In this document: positions 40,201-54,300 of the stretch, in pieces | Layout: every line of letters begins with the position of its first letter | How positions within the stretch are numbered: the stretch's first letter is position 1 | From: Gnetum montanum | Lineage: Eukaryota; Plantae; Gnetophyta | DNA: 64,000 bases | Reading direction: 5' to 3' | Assembly: GCA_015680685.1 (NCBI GenBank) | Contig: MNCI01000811.1 | Location: 507,283-571,282, forward strand | The notes under the pieces: model-generated | Seen by the model: only the letters and a program-made list of their open reading frames with translations | Told to the model about the DNA's origin: nothing | Databases searched by the model: none | Made by a program: the position numbers and the translations under genes

Positions 40201-40925
40201 GGTTTGTACAACCAAATGTTGTAAATAGGGTTGGGCTACCATGTGCATTAATTTCTGATAGAAAACCCCATTTTACATACACTACCTTTCATAAGCTTAT
40301 GAAATGCTTGGGGGTTGAACATAAACTAAAAACACCGTATCATCCTCAAGCTAATGGTTGAGTAGATGTTACTAATAGGAAGATCATGAAAATCCTGATA
40401 AGAACTATTAGCAAATATAGAAAAGACTAAAGCAAAAACCTCATTGATGCCCTCTAGGCCTACCACTTAACATGGAAACTCCATATAGGCAACTCTCCCT
40501 ATGATCTGGTGTACAAAAAATTACCAACTCTACCTATTCAATTTGAACTCCATACACTTTCAACAACCTATGATTTGAACCTTGATATTAGCTTAGCACA
40601 AAAAGAAATATTAATTAACCTAAATATGCTAGATGAAAATAAATTGGTAGTCCTATTCTTAAATGAAGTGCACAAAGCATTTAGTAAATAATGCCATAAC
40701 CTTAGAATATGGAAAGTAAAATTCAAACCTAGAGACAAGGTCCTCTATTGGAACCCCACACATGCACCTTAAAAGACAAAGTTCCAAATGTTGTGTGAGG
40801 GGGCTCATATTATCTATAAAACCTTTCTTTCTAGGGCCATGTTAATTTACAAACCTGAGAGCCTAAACAAAAAGTAGCTAGTCAACATACAACAAGTAAA
40901 ACCTTTCCATGAACCTACGTAAGAT
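37231..40925 (+). pseudogene. Element A gag (C-terminal part), protease, RT, truncated RNase H, integrase
   Basis: CPSHGYS*WEQLHHI; KALLDS..GVNLI; FLDSYSGYNQI; MPLGLCNAPATFQ; EVFMDDFS; DASKYELGVML then a deletion into INT (ISDRKPHF...TPYHPQANG). Confidence 0.92.
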
Positions 40926-42468
40926 AGTACAACAAATTCTTTATCGGATGGACAACCATGCTAAATTTTTTGGATCTCCTCCATACAACTTACTTGTGGA
41001 GAAGAAGGCCATACATGCTAACCATTATAGGGGCTCCTTAGTTTTTCATCTTTTTGTTTTTTTACATTTTTTGTTTTACGCTTTGTTATTTTGCCAAAGT
41101 TTTGTTTTACAACATTGTTAGTATGTTTTATTTTTCTTAAATATTTTACAATTTCTTTTATATTTTTCCTTATTTTGGTGTGAATTTTCCTTATTTTCTA
41201 ATAAAATTTCTTTGTTGCCAGTAGGACATAGTGATGTTGTAGCTATTTGTTAATGGTGATTTGTACTTAATGTTTTTGATTGCTAATGTCTTGTTTCCAT
41301 TTTTGAATTTTGATGATTGATAATTAAGACAAGTTTCTTTTTCATAGAACAAGTAGTGAGTCCATGTCATCCACCCATCCACAAACTCTATGGTTTTCCT
41401 TGTTTTGGAAATATGACGGCCCTTTTCATTAATAAAACCTTAATGAACTTTTAACCTTTGTAGTTTCCAGACTTGGAAATGATTCAGAAGTTTGAAAAGG
41501 GTGTGACTTCAATGGGATTCAAAGCTCTTTGTAGCTTCTACCATGTTGAGTGCAAGTGTATTTTTCATGGATTTCTTACCATTTCATGTCGACAAATAAT
41601 AGGGAGTTGAATAATTCTTTGCATGGTGTCACTCTCATTCAAAAATTCAAAAAGAAAAAAAAAAAAACTCATGATGGGAATTCAAAGCATACCCCTTAGA
41701 CAAAATAAACATGCTACAAGAACTGATTATGGAACTAGAAAGACATGTTACCCATGCCTGAAGGTCCCCTCTAACTAAGATCCTTTCTCACTTCCTACTT
41801 CTCTTTTCTTCTTAAATAAGGAATAGTGGTTATTTATGGGAGTATTGTTGTGTCTCAATGAGATGGATTGGTCCTAGAGTGGCAATGTGAAGTTATTGAA
41901 AGTGGTTGAATTTAGTTTGGACTCTATTGGGTCATTTAAAAATGAATTACATAAGGGAATTCATGTGACCAGGATCAAGAACTTCTTTCCACTCTCTCCA
42001 TCATCCATCAATGCTTCCATAACTTACCTCATTGTTAGTTGTCCATGTTTTCACCCAATGTCTTAGTTAGATGTGTTAAAGTTCATAAATATATTCTCCG
42101 GGTTTGGTCCTTAACTTTTTGTAGCCATTAATCAACTATGAGGTCCATAGACTTAGTTGAGATTATGTAAGGGCAAAAAGGGCATGTGTTGCTATGGGGA
42201 AGATCCACTTGAATATCTCATGGTTTAGTTAGTTAGGTTCCTTACCTTTATATGTTGCTGCAATCAAATCTTTCATGTGTTCCATCATGCATCCAACTAT
42301 ATGTTCCTTAAGACATTTTTATTCATCAAATCTCATTCTCAAATCATTTCTTAATTTTCTGAACTTCAAAAACCTTTTCTAATATTTTCATCATGTTTAT
42401 AGCTTTTCAGGCTTCCAATTGACCCTCATCTCACACAAAAACTTCTTATTTTTTATTATTTTTAACAA

Positions 42469-42613
42469 AGTCAATGGTGGTCAATAGCCATGTCAACTAG
42501 GCCCAGTCGATGTGGCCAACTATGTCAACTAGGCCTATTTGATATGGTCGACTATGTTGACTTAGCCCCATTGACTAGGCCCAATCGATGTAGCCCCAAA
42601 AATTCTATAAATA
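42469..42613 (+). promoter_or_regulatory. Internal promoter-like block of A (GTC(A/G)ACTAGGCC repeats plus TATA)
   Basis: Repeats match the LTR U3 motif at 17065-17080 and 47420-47460 and are followed by CTATAAATA at ~42605. Confidence 0.6.
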
Positions 42614-42844
42614 CCACCCAACACTTTGAAATTTTTTGTCATTTACTTCAAAATAGGAGGGGAGGTTTTGTAATTTTTTAGAGTCCAAAACCTTCTAGAG
42701 CCCATAACTTTTATATCATTTGTCCAAATTACTATATTCTTCAATCTTGTAGCTACCAGATATAAGCTTTTAGTCATGGGGATCATAAACCTTAATGTTT
42801 GTGACAAAATTTTTTAAAAAATTTTCTAACTCCCCCAAAGGGTT

Positions 42845-44062
42845 AATGGATGAAATAATATTAAACCATCAATTTTTGAGAGTTTAACCCTTCCAAAAAC
42901 CTTTGGTAAACCTAAAATTAATTATTAATATTAAAATAACAATAAAATAATAATTAAAAAGATCAAATTGACCATGATCACAACTTAGCTAGGTGTAACT
43001 TTCCCAAAGAGATAAGGTATCCCAATTGTTTCAAGTTATACATTAAATGTTATCCCTTGGTCATGTTGTGATCATAGATGGCACCAAGATTGAAATAGCC
43101 ATAGGAAGAAGGATCATCACAACCAAGGAACAAATGACCTAGAGTTATAAGGAAACAACAAGAACAAGCCTAGGAGTAGGTAGCAAAAACTCATGTAATT
43201 GGACCCCTTTGAGAGGAGCTTGAAGTGAAATCTGTCTAATAGATTCTCAAAGAAGAGGTTGCAATAGAATAATGTCAAAGAGGAGAGGCAGCAAGGCCCA
43301 TGCTAGGACTTGAGGTCACATTAACATAAGCCTGCCTTGATTCGATCAAGCCTTGTGATGTCCAATGCTTAGTTCTACAAGAATTTAACTTTGTACCTAA
43401 TGTAGCCAACCTTGCCCATGCTATTGCATAGGGCCATGATTAACAAAACTATCTTGTAAAATCATATACCATTTCATCTAGCAATGTTAATGTGTGGGAA
43501 GATGGACCAACATGTAGGAAGATGAACTGATGTGTGGAGAGGTGGACTGATGTGCAGGGAGGTGGAATGTCACTAGTAGGTAGCTATAAATCAGAGAATG
43601 AAGACAATGTTGGGGTCGGGGGNNNNNNNNNNNNNNNNNNNNNNNNNNNNNNNNNNNNNNNNNNNNNNTAACAAATTGGTCTCTCTTCCCAAATAACTAC
43701 TTCTCTCTCCATTGAGACACATGTAGATGGGTAGGGGGGTTCTCCAGGGGCTAAGAAACTAGTGGATAATAAATTTTTTTCTCTCTCTTCTCCTATTTTT
43801 CATGGGGCAATTGTGGCATAATTGATGCACATGGACAACAAGTGTGGTAGGTAGGTTCTATAGTCCTATTTATTTATTATGGAAATGGACTATTGATAGT
43901 TAGCACTGATAAAGCTACATGGACAATGGTTAAGAATCTTAGCAGCAAACCAAGAGACAATAATTTTCTTTTTTCTTTTCGCAGTAGTCTTGTGATGGTG
44001 GCAGATGTAGGATTGGAGACAAAAATGCATCTACCGGCACATGATAGTTATATTTGATGACT

Positions 44063-44102
<40 letters not shown>

Positions 44103-44610
44103 TACGGTGTTATAGTAGTTGACAGTAATAGTTGCAAGTGCAGGTTCTATAGTTCCATTCTATTTTTGGTGGGTGGTGCATCCATGATAGGGTTCTCCAA
44201 ACAAGGATAAATTTCCCTATCTCATATTAGTGATGGGACATAGTTTGTCTTATGCATTAGAGATGCATCAATGGGCCCCTTCATCTAGCCTCTTTTCTCT
44301 CTCTCCCTCCTCTAGCAGCTATAGGTAGTTTTGGCTGTGGTAGCATCCATAATAGATTGATGGTGAATAGTGGCAATAGTCGGGAAGCCGGGAAATTTTA
44401 TTTTGGTTACCTTTTGTATTCTTAAATTCAAGGCACTCATTCCAATTAAAATTCTCATTTTTTTTTACTATTTTCAAAAGGCCACATAGCCTTCTCCAAC
44501 TGAGACTATTCTTGAGTTTTCGTACCCATATGGGAGGCAACCTAGGCAATAGTCTCCTCAAACGAGTTTTCTTTTCTAGTGTTGGTGTATTCAAAATTTA
44601 TGCATCAATA
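42845..44610 (+). mobile_element. Solo LTR related to element C, inserted in A
   Basis: 43398-43445 and 44395-44610 are reverse complements of the two ends of the C LTR (ends ...AAATTTATGCATCAATA); candidate TSD GGGTT/GGGTC; left boundary uncertain; N gap at 43623-43668. Confidence 0.7.
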
Positions 44611-44619
44611 GGGTCATTC

Positions 44620-47100
44620 TTAGAAAATGCTCCACCAAAAGTTAAGACACAGTTGAAAAACTCTTCCATATGGCCAATCATGACTTTTAGTGGGGAGTGG
44701 TACATGGAAGAGACACATATCTTTTGGAATAGTAGAAAGGTAGGAGCCACTATGAGAATCAAGAACATTCATGTTTCCTACTTAGTAGAAGCTATTGCAT
44801 AGGCTCTTGGTCTACTTGATTCTAGAACCTATCTGGTAGAGATCTTTATGCATGCAATCTTAGCAGTAAAAAGGAGGTGGACCTAGTGGTGTTATGGGGT
44901 TAATCATAAGAGTTTGTGGTGCTCACATTGGTGAAGCACATATACTTCAAGATAGCAACTTATCAACTCAATCTAACCATGAGGCCTATCAAGGTGATTG
45001 CTTTGTCCACTTGTGCATCTGCTTCTTTGAGTAGGAAATTCCATGTAAACCTTCCACAACTAATCTATTTGGAGATGAAGAAGCATTTCAAGGAAAATGA
45101 ACATGGAAGGAAAAACTTGCCCTTTCCATGCCTTATTAGGAAACTTTGTAAAAGGGCAGGGATAGTCTGCTATGTGAATGACATAATCAAGCATAATACC
45201 ATTACCTCCTAGTCTAAGATGATGAAAGAAAAGATCCCTACCATGTCCAAAGAAGAGGAGTAGTAACCGCCACCTCCACCACCCACTTAGGAAACAATGC
45301 CAGAGGCTTTTGTATCCATTGAGTGCCTACATGAAATTTGAGAGCAAATTTTGCATGAGTGGGAGCAACAAGCAAGAAAAAGTGGTGGGGATCCATTTGT
45401 ATACCATCCTGTAATGAGTCACCTCAATGAGGTAGCTTGAAAAATTAGTTAGATGGAGGAAGGTGGACCAATATTTTTATCCCAAAGAGTGTAGCTACTT
45501 GCAAGGCTAAATCCTAGTGCTTGAGAGGTAATGTTATCTTTCTCGCAACAATAGCAATTCCCAGAGATCTTTGGGAATGTCACTACCTTTTCAATACACT
45601 TGAAGGAGGGTGAGGGGGCAACTTTCTTGGTGATGTAGCACCAAGGGTAGGAGATAGCAGAGGAAGTGATTGCTGATTAGATTATCGAAGTATTGAATGC
45701 ATCTATGACATCTGTACTAGACATTTTTGCACTCAAAGATGTGTAGATGACTATAGGAACTATTAGCAGCTTATTGACTATAGCCCAGCATGAGGGATTG
45801 TTGGACTGACTAGTGGGAATCAAGCAATCAATTCTAGATATCTTTAATTTTCTAAACAACATCATCACAACTCAGTTGGAGCTAGTTGAAGCAAAGGGCA
45901 CATACATCACTCTAAAAGGATAACTCAAAATTATTCAAGCACAAAACCAACACTTGGCCATAGAGGTTGCTAAATTAAGAGTTAGCCTTACTAATCCTAC
46001 ACTCCTCAACTCTACACTAACAAGAGATGAAGCTTTTCAATAGTCTCAAGATAGAGTTAAATAGGTTGAGGTGGGGATGGTGATGGTTGTCTTTGACCAG
46101 TCTATGGCCAAGGCCAAGACATATTTTTTTCATAAGGACTTGGTCCAGATTCACCTAGAGAATGAGATGCTAACCATAGAGAATCATAGCCTATGAAATG
46201 TTGATGTGTAGAAACAATAGATGTAAGAATTCATTCATCAATAATAGGAGCAACTAGCCAAGGTGAAAACTAAGCTTAGGAGATTGGTAGTAGAAAATAG
46301 AAATCTCTCTATGGAGGAAGTCCATGCCTTATGCCAAAAGTCTATGATTGAGATTGTTGCCTAGAAGAATGAGGCTTTCAAATTTAAGAAATTCAAGAAC
46401 CACTACAGAGATGAGGTTGGCTTATAGAAATAGGTTAATGAAAAACACATTTAAATGACTAAGAAAAAAGTTAATGAGACCCTCTAGAAACTCCAACAAG
46501 GAAAAGAGGTATGACAACCTATCATTGATTGGATAGATGCCTTCAATAAAGTGGAGATCTTCATGAAGGAGTTTCAAATCAAAGAGATGACAATATACAT
46601 GGAGCTCAATCTTCGATATGCAAACCTGATAATGCTAACTGTTGGATGGCTACATTCAGAGTTAGAGAAACAAGTGGCCAGCTTGTACTTGCTATACAAG
46701 GTAGAGTTTATGTACCACAAGGAAACCAAATAAAAGCTTGAGACTACAAACACTAAACTCAAAGTTCTCAAGGCAAGATTCACTGATCAAAGCATAACTA
46801 TTAAGAACTTGGCCAAAAGAGTGAATGATTACCAAGAACTATGGAATGTAATCAAGATGTTCAACATCAAATGCAAATAATTTAATGCTTGGTTCATTAA
46901 TGTAAAGGAGTTGTTTCCAAGTCCTTGGGATGTGCCCACACCATCCCACATTGGCAAAGCTGCATGGACCATGCACAATCCCAGGGGTAAGGAGGAGAAG
47001 TTGAAATCATTGTTTGGATGCTTTTTGCCTTCCATCAAAAGTTGCAACAATAGCAAGACAACCAAAAAAGCCTCAACCACCGCATGTGCTTGAAGTAGGA
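44620..47100 (+). pseudogene. Athila env-like/accessory ORF with a long coiled coil, decayed
   Basis: HVNLPQLIYLEM...LPFPCLIRKLCKRAGI (motif typical of Athila-type extra ORFs), then a K/E/Q-rich heptad-like region before the PPT. Confidence 0.7.
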
Positions 47101-47364
47101 GAAGGTCGTTTGGAACCTTAGGAGCCTCCACTGCTTAGGACCATTTAATCTTTTTCACTATCTTCACATGTTCAAAGGGATTATATTTGTTAAATTTTTT
47201 CCTGGTGTTTAATTTTGTAGTCCTAAAAACCAAAATAATTTTATAATGATTTTATATGTGTACACTTGGGCACTTAGTGTTTGTTTGTGTTTGTCATATG
47301 TCTATCGTTAGTTAATAATTCCATACCTTTCCAAATTTGTAAAGAAATCAAGGATGAGTTTTCA

Positions 47365-47380
47365 TTTAGTCATGGGGGAT
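47365..47380 (+). promoter_or_regulatory. PPT of A
   Basis: TTTAGTCATGGGGGAT abutting the 3' LTR; the same motif abuts the E LTR. Confidence 0.8.
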
Positions 47381-48210
47381 TGATGAATTGTAAATTGGTT
47401 GTGTTGATTGGGCCCCATTTATTAGGCCTCATCAACTAGGCCTCATCGACTACACCCCATTGACATAGTGTCTATTGTTGCCTATAAATATGTGCTCACC
47501 TATCATACTTATGATAATCTTTGATATAGTGTAGCAAAGCTCTTGTAGTTTTTCTTCCCAAAAGATAGAATTTTTTTCCAAGTGCATGTAGTAGGAGTCA
47601 TTGAGTGTACAAATTTTTATTCGAGCATTGTTGTACCTAATCACAATAGTGTGTGTGAAAATAAAGACGAGCTTTCTGATAATTTCTCATGGATTCAATG
47701 TTTTCAATAATTTTATTTAATGATTTTAAGTAATTAAGCTAAATTTAGCTATATTAAATAGTGATTAATTAAGCATATAAGTACAACTACTTTGAGCATG
47801 TGTATAATGCTTGGTAATTCCAATAGCACTTAACGTTTGCTAACCTAGCAATGTTATACTTGTTCAAGATGTGTACAACAAGTGGGAACAAATGCTTATG
47901 TTAGGATTAATTAGGTGTAGCTAGGTAGATTAAATTAGCAATTAAATTACTTCATTCTTTTCATCCTTTTATTTTAAGCACCTAAAACATAAAACATGAA
48001 AATAATAAAAATCATTTGCCTCAATTTCACTTAACTAGACCTTTGCTTATTAGTAGTGTAATTGGGAAGACAAAAAATGACTATCAAGGCTAGTTCCACT
48101 TCCTAGAGGCTAGTGTACCGAAAGACAAAGGGTCCATGAAATTTAATTGGATCATGTGTAAATGCTTAGTGATTCTTATGGTTGGGTAGAGGGGTACTCG
48201 CCACTCATTA
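47381..48210 (+). repeat. 3' LTR of A
   Basis: Collinear with 17032-17896. Confidence 0.92.
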
Positions 48211-50879
48211 GAAGGTTTCATTAGTATTCACATGACTTCAACACTAATGATATGATTGTTTTTTCAAGTCCCTTTTGCCTAGTTACATGAGCAAGGCTAT
48301 TATTTGATACTATTTTTCATATAACTATGTAGTCAAAATAAATTAGTATTTACTAATGAAATTTATACTAGTAGAATTGAAAATGCTCACATGATTTCCA
48401 TACAAATTATATGGCACAAGTAGTCATGGATACTTCCCTCCTTTTGGCTTGTCAGTAAAGCTTGTCTTGTTTTAGATCTTTTTCTTTATGTCTATTTCAT
48501 CTAATTGAGTCTTTGGAGTTTGTGTCAAGTGAGTGGCTAATAAGTCTCAATTTCACATATTGGTCAGCTGAGTTAGTTTTTGATGATAATGGTTCAATTA
48601 GAGTTTCTACTATACTCACTAAAGTTTTGTGTGGCTGAATAATTATGCAAATTAATAATTATAAACTTCTTTAAAAATCATATTTCGAAATTTTTATTTT
48701 TGATTATTCACACAAGAGTAACTTTGAGAGTTTTCACTTGCAACATTTTCATTGACCAATGTATGTTTGATATTTTTTTTAATCATGTTTGGGTTAAAAT
48801 TTTTTAGGTCTAATTTAACAAAAAATGTTTGTAAAAATTACTTTATGGAAGAGAAATAACTATTGAAGAAAGATGATTTTTTTCTTTGCAAGAAGTTGTT
48901 AATATTATGTTTTTCTGCATATCTCTCTCTTCCATTAATAACCATTTATCTAGTTTTTGTTATCTCTTAGTGTTTGTATTGCAAGTAAGAAACATTATTT
49001 AACAAGAAGAGTTATTTTTAAGTTCATGATTCTTTAAATAGTTTGTTAAGAATTGGGTCCTTTCTATGATGATGAGATTATGTATTTTCGCTAAGAATGA
49101 AATGGTAAATTTAGTATAGGCAAGTAAAGGATTTGAAAATTTCAAGCTAACACAAGAGTATTCACCTATTGAAAGTTTGTATGTAGGCTTTTACATACCT
49201 TTGAAGTATATTTAGATGTATACATGCATAAACATAATAATTATATTTTAGGATGTTTTTTTGGTCATATAGCTAGCACAAAATTTTTTAAAATAATGTT
49301 AATTTGAGGCATTGAAAACTTTCTCTAACAAAGGTGTTATATTGTATTTATATGTTCATAGAGAGGAAAATCATAATAGGCTAATAATAGGAGGAGATCT
49401 GGTAGAGTCTAGGAGCAAGAGCAAAGATATACATAGAGTAGAAATCAACCTGCTTCTTAGTTTGTTGCATAGGATACTACAAGAGAACACCAGGAATATT
49501 AGTTTGCTTGGGAGAGAATAGAATGAGAGGAGTGGTAATGAAGAGAGTTGAAACTCAAACCAGTCCCCTTGTAGAGTCCAAGGAACTTCTGGTCATTGTT
49601 GTAGCTGGTTTGGCTTAATATCCTTACCAAGCTTATTTGACACTATCTAGAGTTCATTATCACTAGAGGTCTTAATTATTATGAGGATGAGGCATGTAGG
49701 TTTTATATGGAACATCATTGAGAAGTACCAAGATCTAAGGTGATCTAGATAGGTGATTTCACTTTTACACTTATAAAGTAGATTTTGGGGTAGATACTCC
49801 ATATGTTAGTTGGTCCACAGAGGGAGTATTTTGTGATAACCACTTGAGAGAAAAAAATACAACTATTTGGCAAGGTGTGAGATGTGGAGACTAATAAGAC
49901 AAGATGATGTTACAAGAACTTCTCCCCAAAATAGAGAGTTCTTATTAGGGCAATTCACATAAACCTCCTAGTTGTCACACATCATAATCATGTCATGTCC
50001 TTCCCCTTGATGGTCCTACTAGATGTAGAGGAAGATTGTTCATGAAACTATCCTCACATTATATTAAAGAGGATGAATATCTTCAAATGAGATGCAGCAA
50101 TAGTTCCTTTCCCTTTAGCTATGTCTACTCTTTTCAAGCATTGGAAAATCCTAGCACTTGAGGTGGATGAAAAAGAAGTGTAGGTGTTTAGTGAGGATTA
50201 GTTGCCTCATTTGAGGCATGCTTTCTATACCTAGCAAGTTTCTAGGATATGTCTTGATGATCTAATCTAGCTCCTAGACCCATGTGTCCTTGAAGATGAT
50301 GGAAAGGTTGGATGGGATGAGTATTATGGTCACATTGAACAAATGTAGGTTGTTCATGTCCATCCTAACTAGCAAAAATAGGAGTTTGGAGATGGAGTAG
50401 CCATTTTTCCTACTTAGAGGCAATGGAGGATGGGTTGATGGCACACATGGATGCTATGAATTTAGACATGCATAAACATTTTGGATAGGTGAAGAGGAGA
50501 CTTACCTACCTTACTTTGAATGCTCAAAAAATAGTGAAATACTCATTTGAATACTTATAGGAATTGTGGGGATCCTCTAGTTTAAGGAATATGAAGAAGC
50601 TTCCTAACTCAGAATTGGTGGGCATGGCCATTCCAATCCATGACTTAGAGGTAGGACCATCAAGAACAGTTTGGATGGAAGAGCATCCAATCATTGAGGT
50701 CAATGATAGTAGCACAGAGATAGATTTTATGGAGATTGATGCTACAAACCTAGTGGAAGGCACCCATGTAGCAAGATTTAGCTAGATCATTGAGTCTAAG
50801 GATAGAGTCATAGTTGATTTTGAATTTCCTTTTTGTTAACATTTTTGTATGTACTTTGTCTCTAGGTGGCACATTATTT

Positions 50880-51330
50880 AAAATAAATACTATGAAAAAT
50901 GCATACATTTTATGTTAAATCTTATTGATCTTATTTACTTTGTCATTCATTTAACATATTTTCATTTTAGTTTCATGAAATCATTAGAATATGCATCAAA
51001 TGAATATTAAAACAATACTTGATTATAATCTTATTAAGATACCTAGAATTAATGCACATCCACATTTCATTGGTGTATTTCTTAGAAACTAATACTCTTG
51101 GTATTACCCATGGGAATATTGAATCTTTAAGAAAATCATTTAAGAGTAATTCACTAAGTTATCTTTGAAGCTCTTTCATGTAATGCAAAATCATTTACCA
51201 AATGCTTTCATTCGATATGGCTATTCCTAGTATGAAGTTGATTTGATGCTACATAGACCTCATAGAAGGAACCTCTTTGAATGTACCCTTGAACACATCA
51301 ACAAACATTTATTCTCAAGGTTGTAATAGT
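50880..51330 (-). pseudogene. Ancient chromovirus-type Ty3/gypsy RT fragment
   Basis: FVDVF....EVPSMRSM*HQINFILG...KELQR*LSELL..DFLKDSIFPWVIP.VLVSKK...WMCINSRYLNKIIIK. Confidence 0.7.
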
Positions 51331-54300
51331 AATAAAATTTGAGTTTCTTACTTCTTTTTACATGTTGCAAGTGTTAACTGAATTATGAATCCATTGCCAC
51401 CTCTTTGATGATCTTCAACATATTCACATTCATTTAAATTTTCTTGTGAATGGAAGCTTTTTGATTCATCCATTTCCTTGTGAATAAAGGACAAGTTTGT
51501 AAAAACATAGGTAGAAAGGATAATAGTTAGAAATATGGAAAAAAAAAATGAAAAGGGAAAGTCGCCATCCATGTTACCTCAATTACTAATGCAAAAGGCT
51601 AAGAATTGAAGAGGATGCTACATGCTACATTGAATCATAATAAGACTTAGAGGAAAATTTTACTTTCCTTTGTAACATCGTAGTCAATTTCCTTCGAGAT
51701 CCCTAGTCAAATATTTGTTACTTTATCTTTCTTACTCCCATTGGATGGCTCTATACCAACTTAGCAACATTTACAAAAAACACTGGATATGCAACATAAA
51801 AAATATAATCTAATAAGTTTGACCATTTTAAGAAGTTTAAAAAACAAGATAATGAATATAGCAACATTGTATTATCTCTTTAAGTACTTTCTTAACACTT
51901 CCCTCCATTACTTTGGATAATGCCCAACTGTTTCTGAACTTAACAAAAAATAACTTTTAAAAGCTTAGAGACATTTTTTATTGCATTTAAACTTAGTTAC
52001 ATTATATGGTTAGTTATCAAAAGAGATGAAACTTTACTTTTATGCTTTTACATTTTCTTGTACCATGTTATTTTGCTTTGATAGAACCTTGTCATAAGAA
52101 TTACTAATGGGTCAGCTAATAAAACATAAAAAATCTTAAATCAAATATGGAATTCCATCATATGCATCAGCTCATTATTTGTTTCCCTCAAATTCAATAG
52201 CTACCTCCTCAAGAAATAAGTATATGACACTAACACTATCATCACTTCAACACTTTTCACTAAGTTAATTTCAAATCTTTTTCAAAATGGTAAAATTATT
52301 ATGAAGTTTTAGAAGAAACTAGTTTATTGTTGATTTATTCAAGAGCATATCTTCTCTAAACATTCTTCAATGATGGGATGATAGGGTAATTGTTGTTATA
52401 GCTGCAAATGCATTGCAAATTGGCTTGGATGATTTTTCTTTTTAACACATAGAAAGAAAATTTTAAATAATGAAATATTTAGAGTAAAATGGATAATTAT
52501 TTGGAATCTTATAGATCAAACAAAACTTTAGATTGAAGGTCTATCATATTATCATTTACTCTAACAAAAAACATATAACAATTAAAAGCATCATCCTTAT
52601 GGTACCAAACAAGTTTTGGTCTTAATTTACAACTGTATTTATTGATAGTTTAAAGAATCTAGAAATTGAATTACATTATATAACAAATAATCTCTTCCCA
52701 TCCTTTCAATACTAATCAATATACTATCTCAAGGAATTTTTTAGAACCTGAACAAATTTGTGTAATTTATTTTCTTTCAAAATAAAGAGATTACATGTGC
52801 TACTAAAATAGGCCAAATGGGATATGCACCATGTTCTACCAGTTCATATCAAAGCTTATCTAAATATTACAAAAACATCAACATTAAATTGCTGATATGT
52901 GGTTGTCCAACCTTTATTACACATATGTAATATGATTACCATCCTCCCAAACACTTGTACAAGAACAACCTCTCCTTATCATCCACCCTTGTTTCATCAA
53001 GTTATTTTTAGTAAAAACATTTTCTCTCCTTGCCATCTCAAGAAATACATGGGATTTAATGTATAAGAACTACTATTTCCAATGTACAACTTCATATGCC
53101 TCTGCTACCTAATATGAATATTTATTTTTCCACAACCAAACCTCATCATCTTGATGATTTCATAACTTAATCTTTGTTCCATATACGTACATTTTTATTT
53201 AATTTTCATATTGTTGATGAACCAAAAATGTGTGGTCATACTGAATATCCTTTTTAGTATGGCAAAGATGAAAATATTGAGATGGATTTTGGATGAAAGA
53301 TGAAGTAGATGTAGCAATGTTAAAGTTTGAAGGTGGCATTGATATGTGATAAATGAAAGAGAAGGACTTGTTCAAAGGCACAATTTGAACTTGCAACCTA
53401 TTGCATGCATGACAACAAGCTTCCTAATTAAGAAGCTCTCAATGGAAAAATTTAAGCCTTAAGCCTCTTTGGTTTGGACATCAAATCAAATTTCCAAATG
53501 TGATTTTAAAATTCATTGGTGAAAAGAAGTTACTTCATTAAAGTGTAAAGTAAACAAAAAAGAGGATGAAGAACAAAGACATTGGAGAGACTAATTAATG
53601 GATGATATGTAAGAACTATGAACACTTGTTGATATGACTCTTGATTGATGCAAATGAATTCATTATAATAGTCCCACACTAGAATAAGTTTAGGATTTAG
53701 GATGACAGTGATAACATTTCAACGATAAAAACACCATTTTAAATAAAGCCCAACAAACTAGATGACCTAAGGTAAAGAAGCAAACCTAGAAGATTCACTA
53801 CCTTGAAGCAACAAAGAATGAAGAAAGACATAGAACCAAATCTAAATAGAGTGAATAAAGTTACAATGACTACAATTAAGATGGCTACATCTTGTCTACA
53901 ATTTAAATTCTTTTCAAAAGTCCAAATCAACACAACATAATGTTGTCTACATACCAAATGAAACATAAATGGTGAATTCCAAATAGCTTGCATCATCAAC
54001 AAACAAGAATTGTCCAAACCATGCTACACCATCTTTTAATTAAACACATGTTCTCATTGTAATCTTGTAACAAGAATGGTAGTAACACTCACCAATGTAA
54101 TTTTGCGAGCACAATCAATTTACTCAATTGATAGCAGATCCATGATGCAAAAGAAATAATTAAGGTATTTTGAAATGATACATCTTAATGTAGATAATGT
54201 AAGCTTGGTGGTAGTCTTAGTAAAGAAGGTAGTAAAGAGTGACGACAAATTTTATGTTTCCAACTTGGTAGAAAAAAGTGTAGGTACATTGACTTAATAA

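Larger units (their letters stand above)
17032..48210 (+). mobile_element. Element A: Athila-like Ty3/gypsy element with nested element B and a solo LTR
   Basis: LTR pair 17032-17896 and 47381-48210 (TGATG...CTCAT(C/T)A); TSD GAAAG/GAAGG; degenerate tRNA-Asp PBS; gag-PR-RT-(partial RH)-INT; env-like ORF; PPT. Confidence 0.92.
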
